In this document: positions 1 to 10,181 of the stretch, piece after piece
How the letters are laid out: the number at the start of each line of letters is the position of its first letter
Numbering within the stretch: position 1 is the stretch's first letter
DNA from: Gemmatimonas sp.
GTDB taxonomy: Bacteria > Gemmatimonadota > Gemmatimonadetes > Gemmatimonadales > Gemmatimonadaceae
NCBI GenBank assembly: GCA_031414535.1
Contig: JANNVQ010000029.1
Span: 128,001 to 192,000, forward strand
Length of the DNA: 64,000 nucleotides
Reading direction: 5' to 3'
Program-made: the position numbers and the translations under genes
Notes under the pieces: generated by a model
What the model saw: the letters and a program-made list of their open reading frames with translations, nothing else
Told to the model about the DNA's origin: nothing
The model's database searches: none

Positions 1-1
1 G

Positions 2-1228
2 GGAACGAAGATCTGGATCTCCGGTGGCGAACACGAGCTCACAGAGAACATCGTGCACCTCGTCTTAGCGCGCATCGCAGGCGCACCGGCGGGCACCAAG
101 GGCATCTCGCTGTTCATCGTGCCGCGCAAGAAGGTGTCGGCCAGTGGCAGCTCCGGCGACACCAACCACGTGACGCTCGGCGGACTCATTCACAAGATGG
201 GATGGCGCGGCACCACGAGCACTCTGCTCAACTTCGGCGAACGTGGTGAATGCGTGGGCGAGCTGGTGGGTGAGCCGCATCACGGGCTGGCCTACATGTT
301 CCATATGATGAACGAAGCGCGCATCGGTGTGGGGCGCGCGGCCACGGCGATGGGATGCTCCGCGTACGCGTCGGCGCTCGAGTACGCGCAGCAACGTAAG
401 CAGGGACGTTTGCCCGGTGAGAAGGATCCAAAGCGTCCGCCGGTGGCCATCATCGAGCACGCCGATGTGCGACGTATGTTGCTGACCGCCAAGACTGCCG
501 CCGAAGGCTCGCTGCATCTCGTGCTGCTGTGTTCACGCTTGGTGGATGAGCAGGAGACTGCGCCGGACGAGGCGGCCCGCGCCCGCGCCACGCGCTTGCT
601 TGAAGTGCTGACGCCAATTGCCAAGACGTGGCCGAGCGTGTACTGCCAGGAGGGCATCTCCGCCGCCGTGCAGGTGATGGGCGGCTACGGCTACGCGCGC
701 GAGTACGATGTGGAGCAACTGTATCGCGATAATCGCCTGAATCAGATTCACGAAGGCACCAACGGCATTCAGGCGCTGGATCTCTTGGGTCGCAAGGTGA
801 TGCAGGAGCAGGGCGAGTGCTTCAAGGTTTTGCTGAGCGAACTCCAGCAGCTAGCTGCTGGCGCCAACTCGGTTGCGCTCGCACCGCTTGCTGCGCAGTT
901 GAAGGACGCGAGCGCCAAGATGGCCGGGGTGACGCAGTCGCTAGCGAAGGGAATCATGGCTGAACCCACACGTGGGCTCGCAAACGCTACGGCGTACTTG
1001 GAGATGGTGTCGCGCGTGGTGTACGCGGCGTTGTGGCTGCGGCAGGCCGTGGTGGCCGAGGCAGCTATGGCGAGCGGTGCGCAGGGCGGGGATGTGGCGT
1101 TCTACGAGGGCAAGCTACAGGCCGCGAAGTTCTACTTTGGATTTGAATTACCCAAGTACGAGACGGACGCGGCGCTGTTGCTGCGCAATGATGCGGCGGC
1201 GCTCGAGATGAAGACGGAGTGGTTCTAG
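2..1228 (+). CDS. Acyl-CoA dehydrogenase, 5' truncated by the window edge
   Basis: Frame is open from base 2 (GTKIWISGGEHELTENIVHLVLAR). ACAD motifs GTKGISLF, HKMGWRG, MNEARIGV, QVMGGYGY, IHEGTNGIQALDL. Confidence 0.93.
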   Translation, partial: GTKIWISGGEHELTENIVHLVLARIAGAPAGTKGISLFIVPRKKVSASGSSGDTNHVTLGGLIHKMGWRGTTSTLLNFGERGECVGELVGEPHHGLAYMFHMMNEARIGVGRAATAMGCSAYASALEYAQQRKQGRLPGEKDPKRPPVAIIEHADVRRMLLTAKTAAEGSLHLVLLCSRLVDEQETAPDEAARARATRLLEVLTPIAKTWPSVYCQEGISAAVQVMGGYGYAREYDVEQLYRDNRLNQIHEGTNGIQALDLLGRKVMQEQGECFKVLLSELQQLAAGANSVALAPLAAQLKDASAKMAGVTQSLAKGIMAEPTRGLANATAYLEMVSRVVYAALWLRQAVVAEAAMASGAQGGDVAFYEGKLQAAKFYFGFELPKYETDAALLLRNDAAALEMKTEWF

Positions 1229-1244
1229 GCGAGCAGGCTCGGCC

Positions 1245-1958
1245 TTAGGGGCAGCTCGCTGGAATCACGAGTTGCTCGCGGGGGCCGAGGAAGGAGCCGA
1301 CCAGAGCACCGATTATCGCGTTGCCAATCACGATGCCCGGCAGGTCGCCGGGCGGCAGCTCAGGGTCGAACATTCCTCCAACCAGTCCGATCCCGCCTAC
1401 GATACTGCCTCCGATGATAGCTCCACGCTTTCGATTGCGGGCGCCTCTGGCTGTGATGGGTGTGCTAGGCGTGCGACCGTCTACGTGACGCCAACCTTCG
1501 CAGCCCATCGTGCCGTTGGACACTGGCGCCCATCGCTCTGACGCGGTCGCAAAGCCGACGCCGGCGCCGACAACCGCTCCAACGGGAGGCAGCACGAAGT
1601 ACAGCAGCGTCTCCAATCCCTCGCCTTGGAATTCAGGCACGGAGGCCATCAGGACAATCGTGGCGAGGCCCCCAATGAGTGCCCCACGCCCCATCCCGCG
1701 AGCGCTGTTGTAGCCGCTTGATTGTTGTAGGGCGATGTCGGCCCTGCGCATGCGGATGGCCGTGCCCGTATTGGCGAATCCCATGGTCAGTGAATCGGCA
1801 CCGGCTTCCCGCACATAGCCGTACGCCCAAGGGCCGTCTGGGCCGGAGAGCTTGGCGCGGATGCGCTTGCCTGCGAGGAGATCAACGGGGCGTTCATACT
1901 GGCACTCGGCCAGGCTCGGGGCGAGCAAAAGAATGAAGGCAGCGAGTAGGCGTTTCAT
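1245..1958 (-). CDS. Exported/membrane hypothetical protein with glycine-zipper segments
   Basis: Signal peptide MKRLLAAFILLLAPSLA; GRGALIGG, GAVVGAGVG and RGAIIGG motifs; TATCGT box 6 nt upstream of the ATG. Confidence 0.7.
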   Translation of the reverse strand: MKRLLAAFILLLAPSLAECQYERPVDLLAGKRIRAKLSGPDGPWAYGYVREAGADSLTMGFANTGTAIRMRRADIALQQSSGYNSARGMGRGALIGGLATIVLMASVPEFQGEGLETLLYFVLPPVGAVVGAGVGFATASERWAPVSNGTMGCEGWRHVDGRTPSTPITARGARNRKRGAIIGGSIVGGIGLVGGMFDPELPPGDLPGIVIGNAIIGALVGSFLGPREQLVIPASCP

Positions 1959-2050
1959 GTCTCAACGATAGCGCCAGAACAACGCTGGCGCGTTGCCGGG
2001 CGTAGGGCAAAAGGCTAGTATCTCGATTCCCACCTTCAGCCCCCCGACCG

Positions 2051-4090
2051 ATGTCGCTTCGCCGCCGGACGTTCTTCGCCGCCGCGTTTCTCGTGCTCGC
2101 CGCGGTTCCCGCTGCGGTCCCCTCGCTGCTCCGCGCGCAGACGCGACCCGGACCAGACCGCCTCACGATTGCCGACTATATGGCCTGGGAGGACGTGGGG
2201 AACCCGCGCCTCTCGCCAGACGGCACGAAGATCATCTATACCAAGAGCTGGATTGATGCGATTAACGATCGCCGCAAGTCCGCGCTCTGGATCATGGATG
2301 CCGACGGCTCACGTCAGCGATTTCTGACTGAGGGCTCGGAGGCCATCTGGTCACCGGACGGCACTCGCATCGCGTATCTGAAGGCCGGTGAACCGACGGG
2401 CAATCAGCTCTACGTGCGGTGGATGGACGCCGAGGGCGCCACGTCGCAGATCACGCGTTTGACCGAGAGCCCGAGCAACATCGCGTGGTCGCCTGATGGG
2501 AAGAGCCTCGCGTTCCAAGCGTTGGTCACGGAGCGCAACAACTGGCCGCTCGAACTTCCGGCGGCGCCACCGGGGGCCAAGTGGACCGAAGCGCCGCGCG
2601 TGGTGCAGTCCGTGCGCTACCGCTCGGACCGCCAAGGATTCTTGCCCGATGGATTTGTGCACCTCTTTGTGGTATCCGCCGATGGTGGCGCTCCGCGTCA
2701 GGTCACGGAGGGCGATTGGAACCACAACTTTGCTGAGTGGACGACGGACGGACGCGGCTTGCTACTCACGGCCAATCGCGTGGCGGATTGGGAGTACAGC
2801 TGGCGGCAGTCAGATATCTATCGCGCAGATGTCGCGACGCGCACCATCACGCGTCTGACCACGCGCAACGGGCCGGATAACAATCCCGTGCCCTCGCCCG
2901 ACGGAAAGTTCATCGCCTACACGGGCTTCGACAGCACCGACGCCACCTGGCAGGATGCCGCGCTCTACGTGATGAATGTGGACGGCAGCGGCGCGCGCGT
3001 ACTGACGGCGCAACTCGACCGCTCGCCCGCGTCGCTGATGTGGGATGCGCAGTCTCGCGGTATCTATTTTCAGGCTGAGGACCGTGGTGCGAGGCAGCTT
3101 CATTACGTGACGCTGCAGGGCCAGCACCGCGCCGTCACGTCCGGTGCGCATATGCTCAACGTCACCGACGTCAGCCGTAGCGGTGTGATGGTAGGCACGC
3201 GTACCACGGCAAGCGAACCGAACAACATCGTGCGCTTCGATCCGCGCACGCCGCAGACCATCGCTACGCTCACCAACGTGAACGGCGATCTACTCGCGGG
3301 CAAGAAGCTCGCCAGCGTCGAGGAGATTTGGTACACCTCGGTGGATGGATTCCGCATCCAAGGTTGGATCGTGAAGCCGCCCGACTTTGATCCCAGCAAG
3401 AAGTATCCGCTGATGCTGGAGATTCACGGTGGTCCGCACGCGATGTATAACGTGGGCTTCAGCTTTGCGCGTCAGGACCACGCGGCGCACGGTTACGTCA
3501 CGCTCTACACCAATCCGCGCGGCAGCACCGGCTACGGCTCGGCGTTTGGCAACGCCATCAAGAACGCCTACCCAGGCAAGGACTACGACGATCTTATGGC
3601 CGGCGTGGACTCCCTGCTCGGCCGCGGTTACATCGACCAGAACAAGCTGTATGTGTACGGCTGCTCGGGCGGTGGCGTGCTGACGAGCTGGATTGTGGGT
3701 CACACGAATCGCTTTGCCGCCGCCAGCGCCAACTGCCCGGTGACCAACTGGTTCAGCTTCGTGGGTATCACCGACGGCAGCACCTGGTATCGCAACTTCG
3801 AGAAGTTCCCGTGGGAAGATCCCAGCGAGCACATTCGCCGCTCGCCGCTGATGTACGTGGGCAACGTGCGCACCCCGACGATGCTGATGACGGGCGTGAA
3901 CGATCTACGGACGCCGATGGCGCAGACGGAGGAGTATTACCAGGCGCTCAAGATGATGCGCGTGCCGACGGCGATGGTGCGGTTCAACAATGAGTGGCAC
4001 GGCACCAGTTCGACCCCATCGAACTTTCTGCGCACACAGGCGTTTTTGCGCAGTTGGTTTGCTCGTTATCCGCAGCCACCGCGGATGTAG
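2051..4090 (+). CDS. S9 family serine peptidase (dipeptidyl/acylaminoacyl peptidase type) with PD40 propeller
   Basis: RRTFF twin-arginine-like signal; WSPDG repeats; IHGGP, NPRGSTGYG, nucleophile elbow GCSGGG, Asp in NDLRT, His in EWHG. Confidence 0.93.
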   Translation: MSLRRRTFFAAAFLVLAAVPAAVPSLLRAQTRPGPDRLTIADYMAWEDVGNPRLSPDGTKIIYTKSWIDAINDRRKSALWIMDADGSRQRFLTEGSEAIWSPDGTRIAYLKAGEPTGNQLYVRWMDAEGATSQITRLTESPSNIAWSPDGKSLAFQALVTERNNWPLELPAAPPGAKWTEAPRVVQSVRYRSDRQGFLPDGFVHLFVVSADGGAPRQVTEGDWNHNFAEWTTDGRGLLLTANRVADWEYSWRQSDIYRADVATRTITRLTTRNGPDNNPVPSPDGKFIAYTGFDSTDATWQDAALYVMNVDGSGARVLTAQLDRSPASLMWDAQSRGIYFQAEDRGARQLHYVTLQGQHRAVTSGAHMLNVTDVSRSGVMVGTRTTASEPNNIVRFDPRTPQTIATLTNVNGDLLAGKKLASVEEIWYTSVDGFRIQGWIVKPPDFDPSKKYPLMLEIHGGPHAMYNVGFSFARQDHAAHGYVTLYTNPRGSTGYGSAFGNAIKNAYPGKDYDDLMAGVDSLLGRGYIDQNKLYVYGCSGGGVLTSWIVGHTNRFAAASANCPVTNWFSFVGITDGSTWYRNFEKFPWEDPSEHIRRSPLMYVGNVRTPTMLMTGVNDLRTPMAQTEEYYQALKMMRVPTAMVRFNNEWHGTSSTPSNFLRTQAFLRSWFARYPQPPRM

Positions 4091-4127
4091 CGTTACGGGC
4101 GTGTACTGAGAAAACGGACTGCGCTCG

Positions 4128-4631
4128 TCAGCGGATCTCGAAGGAGACCGTCGGCGAGCGCAGTTGCTGTTGGCTCCTAATCGCGTCCAGCAGTGCGTAG
4201 GCGCGATACTGGCCTGGGATGAGCGAGGCACCATTGCGGTCGTCGGTGGCCGTGGCTCCGCGCACTACGTATGAGCGTGTTACGAGCCCGCGGGCCGGCA
4301 CGGTGAGAGAGGTCAGGGCCTGTGTGCAGCCCCATCCTCCGGCCGATGGGTATCGCATCGCGCCCGATGCGGTCTCGATGTAGGGCAGAATCTGGCAACC
4401 AGAGCCGAAGCTAATCTCCACGACAGTCGCATTGTCGTTGTGCAGTTGCATCGTGATCGTGGCGGAATCGCCGACGAGTATGACCGTAGTGTCCAGCGAG
4501 ACTCCGAGTCGCAAGCCATCAAGTTCCAACACCTGCCGCGGGGGCGTGACCTCGGCAGGCAGAGGATCGGCACAACTGGTTCCAAGCAGCACGCCGGCGG
4601 CAATGGTGGTCAACTTTGCGGTACGCAGCAT
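4128..4631 (-). CDS. Lipoprotein with BsuPI-like (proteinase-inhibitor-like Ig) domain
   Basis: ATG 4631 with GGAG upstream; lipobox LLGTSC; FGSGCQ...GCTQALTSLTVPA...PGQY resembles the BsuPI pattern. Confidence 0.6.
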   Translation of the reverse strand: MLRTAKLTTIAAGVLLGTSCADPLPAEVTPPRQVLELDGLRLGVSLDTTVILVGDSATITMQLHNDNATVVEISFGSGCQILPYIETASGAMRYPSAGGWGCTQALTSLTVPARGLVTRSYVVRGATATDDRNGASLIPGQYRAYALLDAIRSQQQLRSPTVSFEIR

Positions 4632-4686
4632 CGTAGCTCCGAGTGGAGAGTGAGGTCTATACCCCGCTTGTGCACTCCACGTCACG

Positions 4687-7600
4687 CTAGGGCGCATTGA
4701 CCGTTACCGTTCCAGTCGCGCCGCCAACCACCGCGAATCCGGGAGCCGCGGCACTCACCGTGCTCGCCCCCACTGCCAGAGGCCGGATAGCCACGCCACC
4801 AGTCGCCACCGACGATGGTGAACTGTTCTGCCCCGGCGAGATGGTCACCGTAGCCGATGCGCTATTTGTCGTCGACGTGATCAGCGGTAGCGCTGCGATG
4901 TTGCTGCTGGTGAGCGTCACTGTGAGTGCGGTGCCGCCAGTCCGAATGGCCTGCAACTGGGACAGCGCTGTGCCACCGGCATTGAGGTTTCCAGTGCGTA
5001 CTACAAAGGCACGGTCCGCAACACCTGCTGTGATTGTTGTGCCAAGGCTAAACAGTTCCAGCGTGGGTTGCACCACCGTCGCTGTTGCTGTCCCATCAAT
5101 GAATCCTGCGGCACGTGCTGAGATCTGCACAGATCCTGTTTGTCCCTCCACGCCAGCAATCACATAGGAGAATGCTCCGGCACCATCGGCAATCGGAATG
5201 ATGATGGAGTCCGTCGCCACCTCGTTCGCAAAGCGCGCTACTCGCAGCACCCCGGGGTTCGAACTCTTCACGATGACGTTCACGCCGCCGTGGTTTGCCG
5301 CGCCTAGGCTACCCGATGCGCCAGAACCAGTCTGCAAGCCAGAGCCGACGCTGGTGGGAGTTCCAAGCGTGATGCCCGGCGTCGTCACCGTAACGGTGGT
5401 CCCAACGGTACTCGAGCCTTGACGTGCGCCCGGTGCAGTCGCCGAAAGCACCGTGCTGCCAGTCGTGATGGGACGGAAGAAGACACCTGTAGGATTGACA
5501 CCAGCCGTTTGCTGCGCACCCGCGAGGATGTTGACTACTTGTGTATCGGCGGCCACGCCATTGATCACCAGCTTACCAACGTTCCCATTGCTGGTGGCGA
5601 AGGTGACGGGATACGGCGGCGCTCCCGCGCGACGCGGTCCCGTATTGATGATCGTCCCACCGGTTGGTGATCCGGGTGTGCCGATGATGACCACGAACGC
5701 GTCGTCGGGTGTCAACGTCGTGATGGACGACAGTACGCTGTTGAACTCAATAACAGGCTGCCAGATGAAGTACGTGGCATTTCGCGAAGTCCAGCCCGGC
5801 GCCGAGGCCGTGACCACCACGGTATCAGGGGGAACGTCGAGCATCTGAATGACCACACTTGCCGTCGACTGTCCAGCGGGGACAGTCACGACCAACGTAT
5901 CACTGCCCACCGTTGCGGCGTTGGGGGAGAAGAGCAACAGATTGGGATCGGCCGCTCGTAGGGTGACGGGCAAGCCACCGACGGGTGCCGGCGCATTGAG
6001 AGAAATTGTCGCGCTTCTTGCGAGGCCGCTGCCGAGCGCGAAGGCGGTGAGGCCCGAGATGCTGGGTTGCGATACCGTCACCGACCGCGTTGACTGGGCC
6101 ACTTCACGCGTGAGGTCGCTGTTCGCGCGGATGGTGGTTACGCCTGCGCCAAGCGAGCGGAAGGCGACGCCACCCTGCGCCACGCTAAAGCCCGTGGTGC
6201 GATCGCCCGCCGGAATGTTAATGCGGACAGAGTCAGCAACCCGCGCCGTCGTGACAAGGGTTCCCACGCCGGCAGAATCCGTGATGACATTCACGTCAAG
6301 GCTCGCCGCGCCAAACCGCACGAAGTCGGCAAAGTTGATATTGGCGCCCGTCGGACTGTTCGGTGTGCCCACAGACACCGTGAACACATCATCAGACGAG
6401 CTCGTGGTGCCGGTGGCCAACAGATCGCCGTTGATCACAATCACCGGATCAACGATTCCCATCACCGCACTGCTCGATACGTAGCCGGGCGCCGTGAAAG
6501 TGAGCGTGAGTGAATCGAGTGCTGGGCCAGCCGTCTCGAGCACCTGCACACTGAAGTTCGCCGAGCTGCTGCCGACGCTCGCGGCTATCACGACCGAGTC
6601 AGCCGAGCCAAGTGTGGTGGTGTTCGGCGAGAGCAAGACCAATCCCGGACGAGAGGGCTTCACGGTAATTGGAAGCGGATTCCCGACCACGGAATTGGAG
6701 AGCGAAACGGATACCGTTCGCATCAAACCGCGCCCAATCGGTGAAGTCAGGCCAAGGCCACCAGCGCCGGTGATAGAGGACTGCGCAATAGTGACGATTC
6801 GCGAGTTGCCCGCGAGAGGGCGCAACGATGAGCTCAGAGCGCGAACCGTCGTGACACCCGCGGCAGTGCTGCGAATGGCCACACCGCCCGACGCGACCGA
6901 GGTTGGTGAGTCGAACGCCCCCGGTGAAATCGTCACGGTCACAGAGTCCGCTGTGAGGGACGTGGTCACGAGGCTAGCCACTGCGGTACTGTCGTTCACG
7001 ACGGTGAACACCAGCGGCGCTGCGCCTGCTCGCACTTCATCAAGAGTGTTGAAGCCGGTGGACGTAACTGATGCGGGAGTTCCAACACGTACTTGGAAGG
7101 GATCGTCAGCCTGGGCCGTCGTGCGAGGGGAGAAAAGCCCGGTGATTTCGAAGACTGGCTGAAGAATGAGAATCCTGTTCGTGTCGGGCGCGTAGCCTGG
7201 CGCCGTGACGATGACGTTCACGGAATCGTTCAGCAATCCCTCGAGCGCTTGCACCACATAGTTCGCCGTCGTCGAACCGTTCACTAATGGGAAGTCAACG
7301 AACCCAGAGCCTTGGGTCGTGGATGTCGCCGAGACCAAGAGCTTGGCGGGATCACTGCTGGTCACACGAACCGTCGTTCCACCGTGCGCAGCAAACCCGA
7401 GGGTAAACGACTGTAGCCGCTGCAATCCTGAGCCAAGCGTTACGCCGACTGCGGTGATGGTCGGCGTAGCGCCCACGTTGGCTGTCGTGCTGTCGCCGAC
7501 AAAGCCCTGTGGACCCGTCGCGCGCAGAAGCGTGGAACAAGGGAATGTCGTGCCACTGCCCCTCGCTACGGTTACCGCGACGCTGGTAAGTCCCGCGCCG

Positions 7601-10017
7601 ATCGTTGCGCTCGCTGGCACAGCGGCGCAAAGCGGATTCACGGCCACGAGTGATACGGCAATGCCGCCAGCGGGTGCGGGGATGGGGTTTCCGCCGCTCG
7701 TGAGACGCACCGTGATGGGCGCGCTGAAGCTCTCGTTCAGTGCCACAGACGTCTGCTGAATATCCACCGACGCCGTGACGTTCACCGTCGTCGTAGCGGG
7801 CGCATAGTTGGGATGAGTCGCAATGATGGTCGTACTGCCAATCTGCAGCCCTTGCACCGTCCCGTTCTGCGTACTGGCGCCAGAGAGGACCACCACTGGG
7901 TTCGGCGAAACCGATGCAATCGACGGCGACGTCACGGTGAGTGTGACACCCACGCCACCAGCCGGCGCCGGCGTTGATAGCTGCACTGGAAGCGAAGCGG
8001 GGCCATCCAGTGGTGCGTTCAACGTCGGCGGCAGCGAGATCAAGTTGAGCGACACTGGCACATTAAGCGTGTCCGGATCCCAACCTGCTGCGGTGGCGCG
8101 CACGCGAGCCACGCCCACTGCCACGCCAGTCACATCAATGGTCGCGAGCGTATCACCGGCTGCAATCGTGACTGAGCTCGGCGGTCCCACGGTGAGATAC
8201 TGCGCGCTGTCGGAGATGACGGTCACCACAAGTCCATTCACTGGTGCGGGCTGGCCGAGCTCCACCGCCAGTTGGCCCGTGCGCTGGAATCCGATGACGT
8301 TGGACGCAATGATGCTCAGGTTGATCACCGGCGCGAGCGCGATGCCCGTGGCTGTAATTGTCACCGGCGCCACGCCAGCGACCGTCGCGGTGATGGACTG
8401 CGCGCCTGCCGTCGTGCCCAGAGTCCAGGAGCCAAGCGAGGCGAGGCCTGCGGCATCCGTGGTATCGACTGTGCCTGCCAAGGTTCCGCCGCCACTGGCC
8501 ACCGCGAAGGTCACCACTCGGTTGGGCACGGGATTGTCTGCAGCGTCCGCGACGCGCACGACGATCGGCAATGCGAGCGCGGTGCCGACGTTCGCCGACT
8601 GACCACTGCCGCTCTGCGCGGCGATGGCTGCCGGCGCGCCGGCGGACACGACGATGGCATCGGAGGTGTCTGGCGTGAGCCCGAAAGCCGACGCCGTAAA
8701 GCGGTAGCTGCCGACCTTGGATGGCGTCAGCGAAGGGAAGGTCGCGATGCCGTTGACGGCCGAGATCCCGTTCGGTCCCAGGATGCTGCCATTGAGCGGC
8801 AACTCAATCACGTTCAGCAGGACATTCGATGAGAAGTTCGTTGCGACCGCGCCCGTGCTATCGCGCGCCTGTACAACCACGGGTGTGGCGAACACTTCCC
8901 CCGATACGGCGGTCGTGGGCTGCTGCGTAATCACAAGCCGCGAGGCAGGGAGCAGCGAGGCCGTGACGTTGGCCGCGAGGTTGAGGTCCGTCACACCCGC
9001 GCTCGTGAAGCGCAGCGCCTGCGCCGTCGCTCCAACTAGCGCGCTCAAGGTCCAGCGCACCGCGACGCGGCCATCAGCGTTGGTCACGAGCGAAGAATCG
9101 TTCGTCGTACCGCCGCCGGTGATGGCCACGTTGATAGTCGCGCCGGAGATCGGGAGACCATCGGTGGCGAGGAGCCGCACGACCACGGAGTCGCCGAGCG
9201 TGCTGCCGGCAGTTCCAGTGATGGTGCCTGTCCCAACGCGGGAGAGCGTCGCCGGCTTCGGCGCGATGACGATGACACCGGTGTCTGCCGCGGACCCTGC
9301 CGCGAGCGCCACCCGCACGCGCGCGATGCCGCGGGATGGCAGGGTAAGCCCCGTTCCTGCGCCGATGCCGCCGAGCGCAGCGCGCGAGGAATCAAGCGCG
9401 AAAAAGAGCACAGGAGCATTTGCGACTGTAGCGCCCTGGCCATCTTTCGCCGTGGCCGTGAACGTAAAAGGCGCACCTGCCTCGAGCCGGATGGTGTCGG
9501 GCAGGATCTGCACGCCCGTGGCCGACGCACCAGGGCCGGTGTACGTGAGCGTGATTGGCGTAGGCTGCGGCGGTGGCTCGCCGCGTCCCAGCTGCCGAGC
9601 GAGCACGGACTCTGGGCCGCCGCGGAAGACGGTATCGCCAGCGGCGTTGATGTACTGCAACGAGAGCTCCAGCTCTTCTCCCTCGGCTGGTGCGTTTGCC
9701 GAGAGCTGCACATTCAGCGAAACTTGGAGCTCGGCGACCTCAGACGAAGCAGGAAACACCCGGGCCAGCGCCACCGCGCCGTTTGAGCGCGTGAGGATCA
9801 CGCGCACGCTGGTGTAGGGCACCACCGAGCCCGCACCCTCCTCTACGCTGGCAAGCTCCCCAGGGAACGTCGAGACAAAAGACAGTCCCTCAGCGAATCG
9901 CAGGCCGCCGTTTGGACCCGTGATCTCCCGGCCGCAACTGAGCAGCGACAAGAACAGGGCGGCGCCAGCGGCAGCGAATCGGCGGGCAGAGGCCCGGAGG
10001 ACCGGAGGACGAGTCAT
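4687..10017 (-). CDS. 1776-aa Ig-like/beta-strand repeat surface lipoprotein (adhesin or S-layer-like)
   Basis: Lipobox SLLSC; Big_1-like segments (VVRVADAADNPVPNRVVTF, TNADGRVAVRWTL); T/V/S/A/G-rich; four ~232-aa C-terminal repeats. Confidence 0.85.
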   Translation of the reverse strand: MTRPPVLRASARRFAAAGAALFLSLLSCGREITGPNGGLRFAEGLSFVSTFPGELASVEEGAGSVVPYTSVRVILTRSNGAVALARVFPASSEVAELQVSLNVQLSANAPAEGEELELSLQYINAAGDTVFRGGPESVLARQLGRGEPPPQPTPITLTYTGPGASATGVQILPDTIRLEAGAPFTFTATAKDGQGATVANAPVLFFALDSSRAALGGIGAGTGLTLPSRGIARVRVALAAGSAADTGVIVIAPKPATLSRVGTGTITGTAGSTLGDSVVVRLLATDGLPISGATINVAITGGGTTNDSSLVTNADGRVAVRWTLSALVGATAQALRFTSAGVTDLNLAANVTASLLPASRLVITQQPTTAVSGEVFATPVVVQARDSTGAVATNFSSNVLLNVIELPLNGSILGPNGISAVNGIATFPSLTPSKVGSYRFTASAFGLTPDTSDAIVVSAGAPAAIAAQSGSGQSANVGTALALPIVVRVADAADNPVPNRVVTFAVASGGGTLAGTVDTTDAAGLASLGSWTLGTTAGAQSITATVAGVAPVTITATGIALAPVINLSIIASNVIGFQRTGQLAVELGQPAPVNGLVVTVISDSAQYLTVGPPSSVTIAAGDTLATIDVTGVAVGVARVRATAAGWDPDTLNVPVSLNLISLPPTLNAPLDGPASLPVQLSTPAPAGGVGVTLTVTSPSIASVSPNPVVVLSGASTQNGTVQGLQIGSTTIIATHPNYAPATTTVNVTASVDIQQTSVALNESFSAPITVRLTSGGNPIPAPAGGIAVSLVAVNPLCAAVPASATIGAGLTSVAVTVARGSGTTFPCSTLLRATGPQGFVGDSTTANVGATPTITAVGVTLGSGLQRLQSFTLGFAAHGGTTVRVTSSDPAKLLVSATSTTQGSGFVDFPLVNGSTTANYVVQALEGLLNDSVNVIVTAPGYAPDTNRILILQPVFEITGLFSPRTTAQADDPFQVRVGTPASVTSTGFNTLDEVRAGAAPLVFTVVNDSTAVASLVTTSLTADSVTVTISPGAFDSPTSVASGGVAIRSTAAGVTTVRALSSSLRPLAGNSRIVTIAQSSITGAGGLGLTSPIGRGLMRTVSVSLSNSVVGNPLPITVKPSRPGLVLLSPNTTTLGSADSVVIAASVGSSSANFSVQVLETAGPALDSLTLTFTAPGYVSSSAVMGIVDPVIVINGDLLATGTTSSSDDVFTVSVGTPNSPTGANINFADFVRFGAASLDVNVITDSAGVGTLVTTARVADSVRINIPAGDRTTGFSVAQGGVAFRSLGAGVTTIRANSDLTREVAQSTRSVTVSQPSISGLTAFALGSGLARSATISLNAPAPVGGLPVTLRAADPNLLLFSPNAATVGSDTLVVTVPAGQSTASVVIQMLDVPPDTVVVTASAPGWTSRNATYFIWQPVIEFNSVLSSITTLTPDDAFVVIIGTPGSPTGGTIINTGPRRAGAPPYPVTFATSNGNVGKLVINGVAADTQVVNILAGAQQTAGVNPTGVFFRPITTGSTVLSATAPGARQGSSTVGTTVTVTTPGITLGTPTSVGSGLQTGSGASGSLGAANHGGVNVIVKSSNPGVLRVARFANEVATDSIIIPIADGAGAFSYVIAGVEGQTGSVQISARAAGFIDGTATATVVQPTLELFSLGTTITAGVADRAFVVRTGNLNAGGTALSQLQAIRTGGTALTVTLTSSNIAALPLITSTTNSASATVTISPGQNSSPSSVATGGVAIRPLAVGASTVSAAAPGFAVVGGATGTVTVNAP

Positions 10018-10072
10018 CCAATGACTTTACGACTTGGCGCAGAAGCTGACTAGAGGGTACGTCCTCGAGGAC

Positions 10073-10088
10073 TGTGACCTAGTGCACA
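10073..10088. promoter_or_regulatory. CRP-family-like site TGTGA-N6-GCACA
   Basis: 9/10 match to TGTGA-N6-TCACA in the divergent gap between the Ig-repeat gene and kinase 1; palindrome GTCCTCGAGGAC adjacent at 10061-10072. Confidence 0.45.
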
Positions 10089-10181
10089 GAAATCATTCGG
10101 TACCACCTCGCGGAGGCGGGACCCAGCGGCCACATTTCCCGCTCAGCAAGCCCGCCGCTCCCCGTGTTCGACCCCGCCCGA

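Noticed and set aside
4697..9817. Long plus-strand ORFs opposite the Ig-repeat gene (e.g. 8717-9817, 7823-8602)
   Set aside because: Antisense shadows of a high-GC gene with no recognisable motifs.
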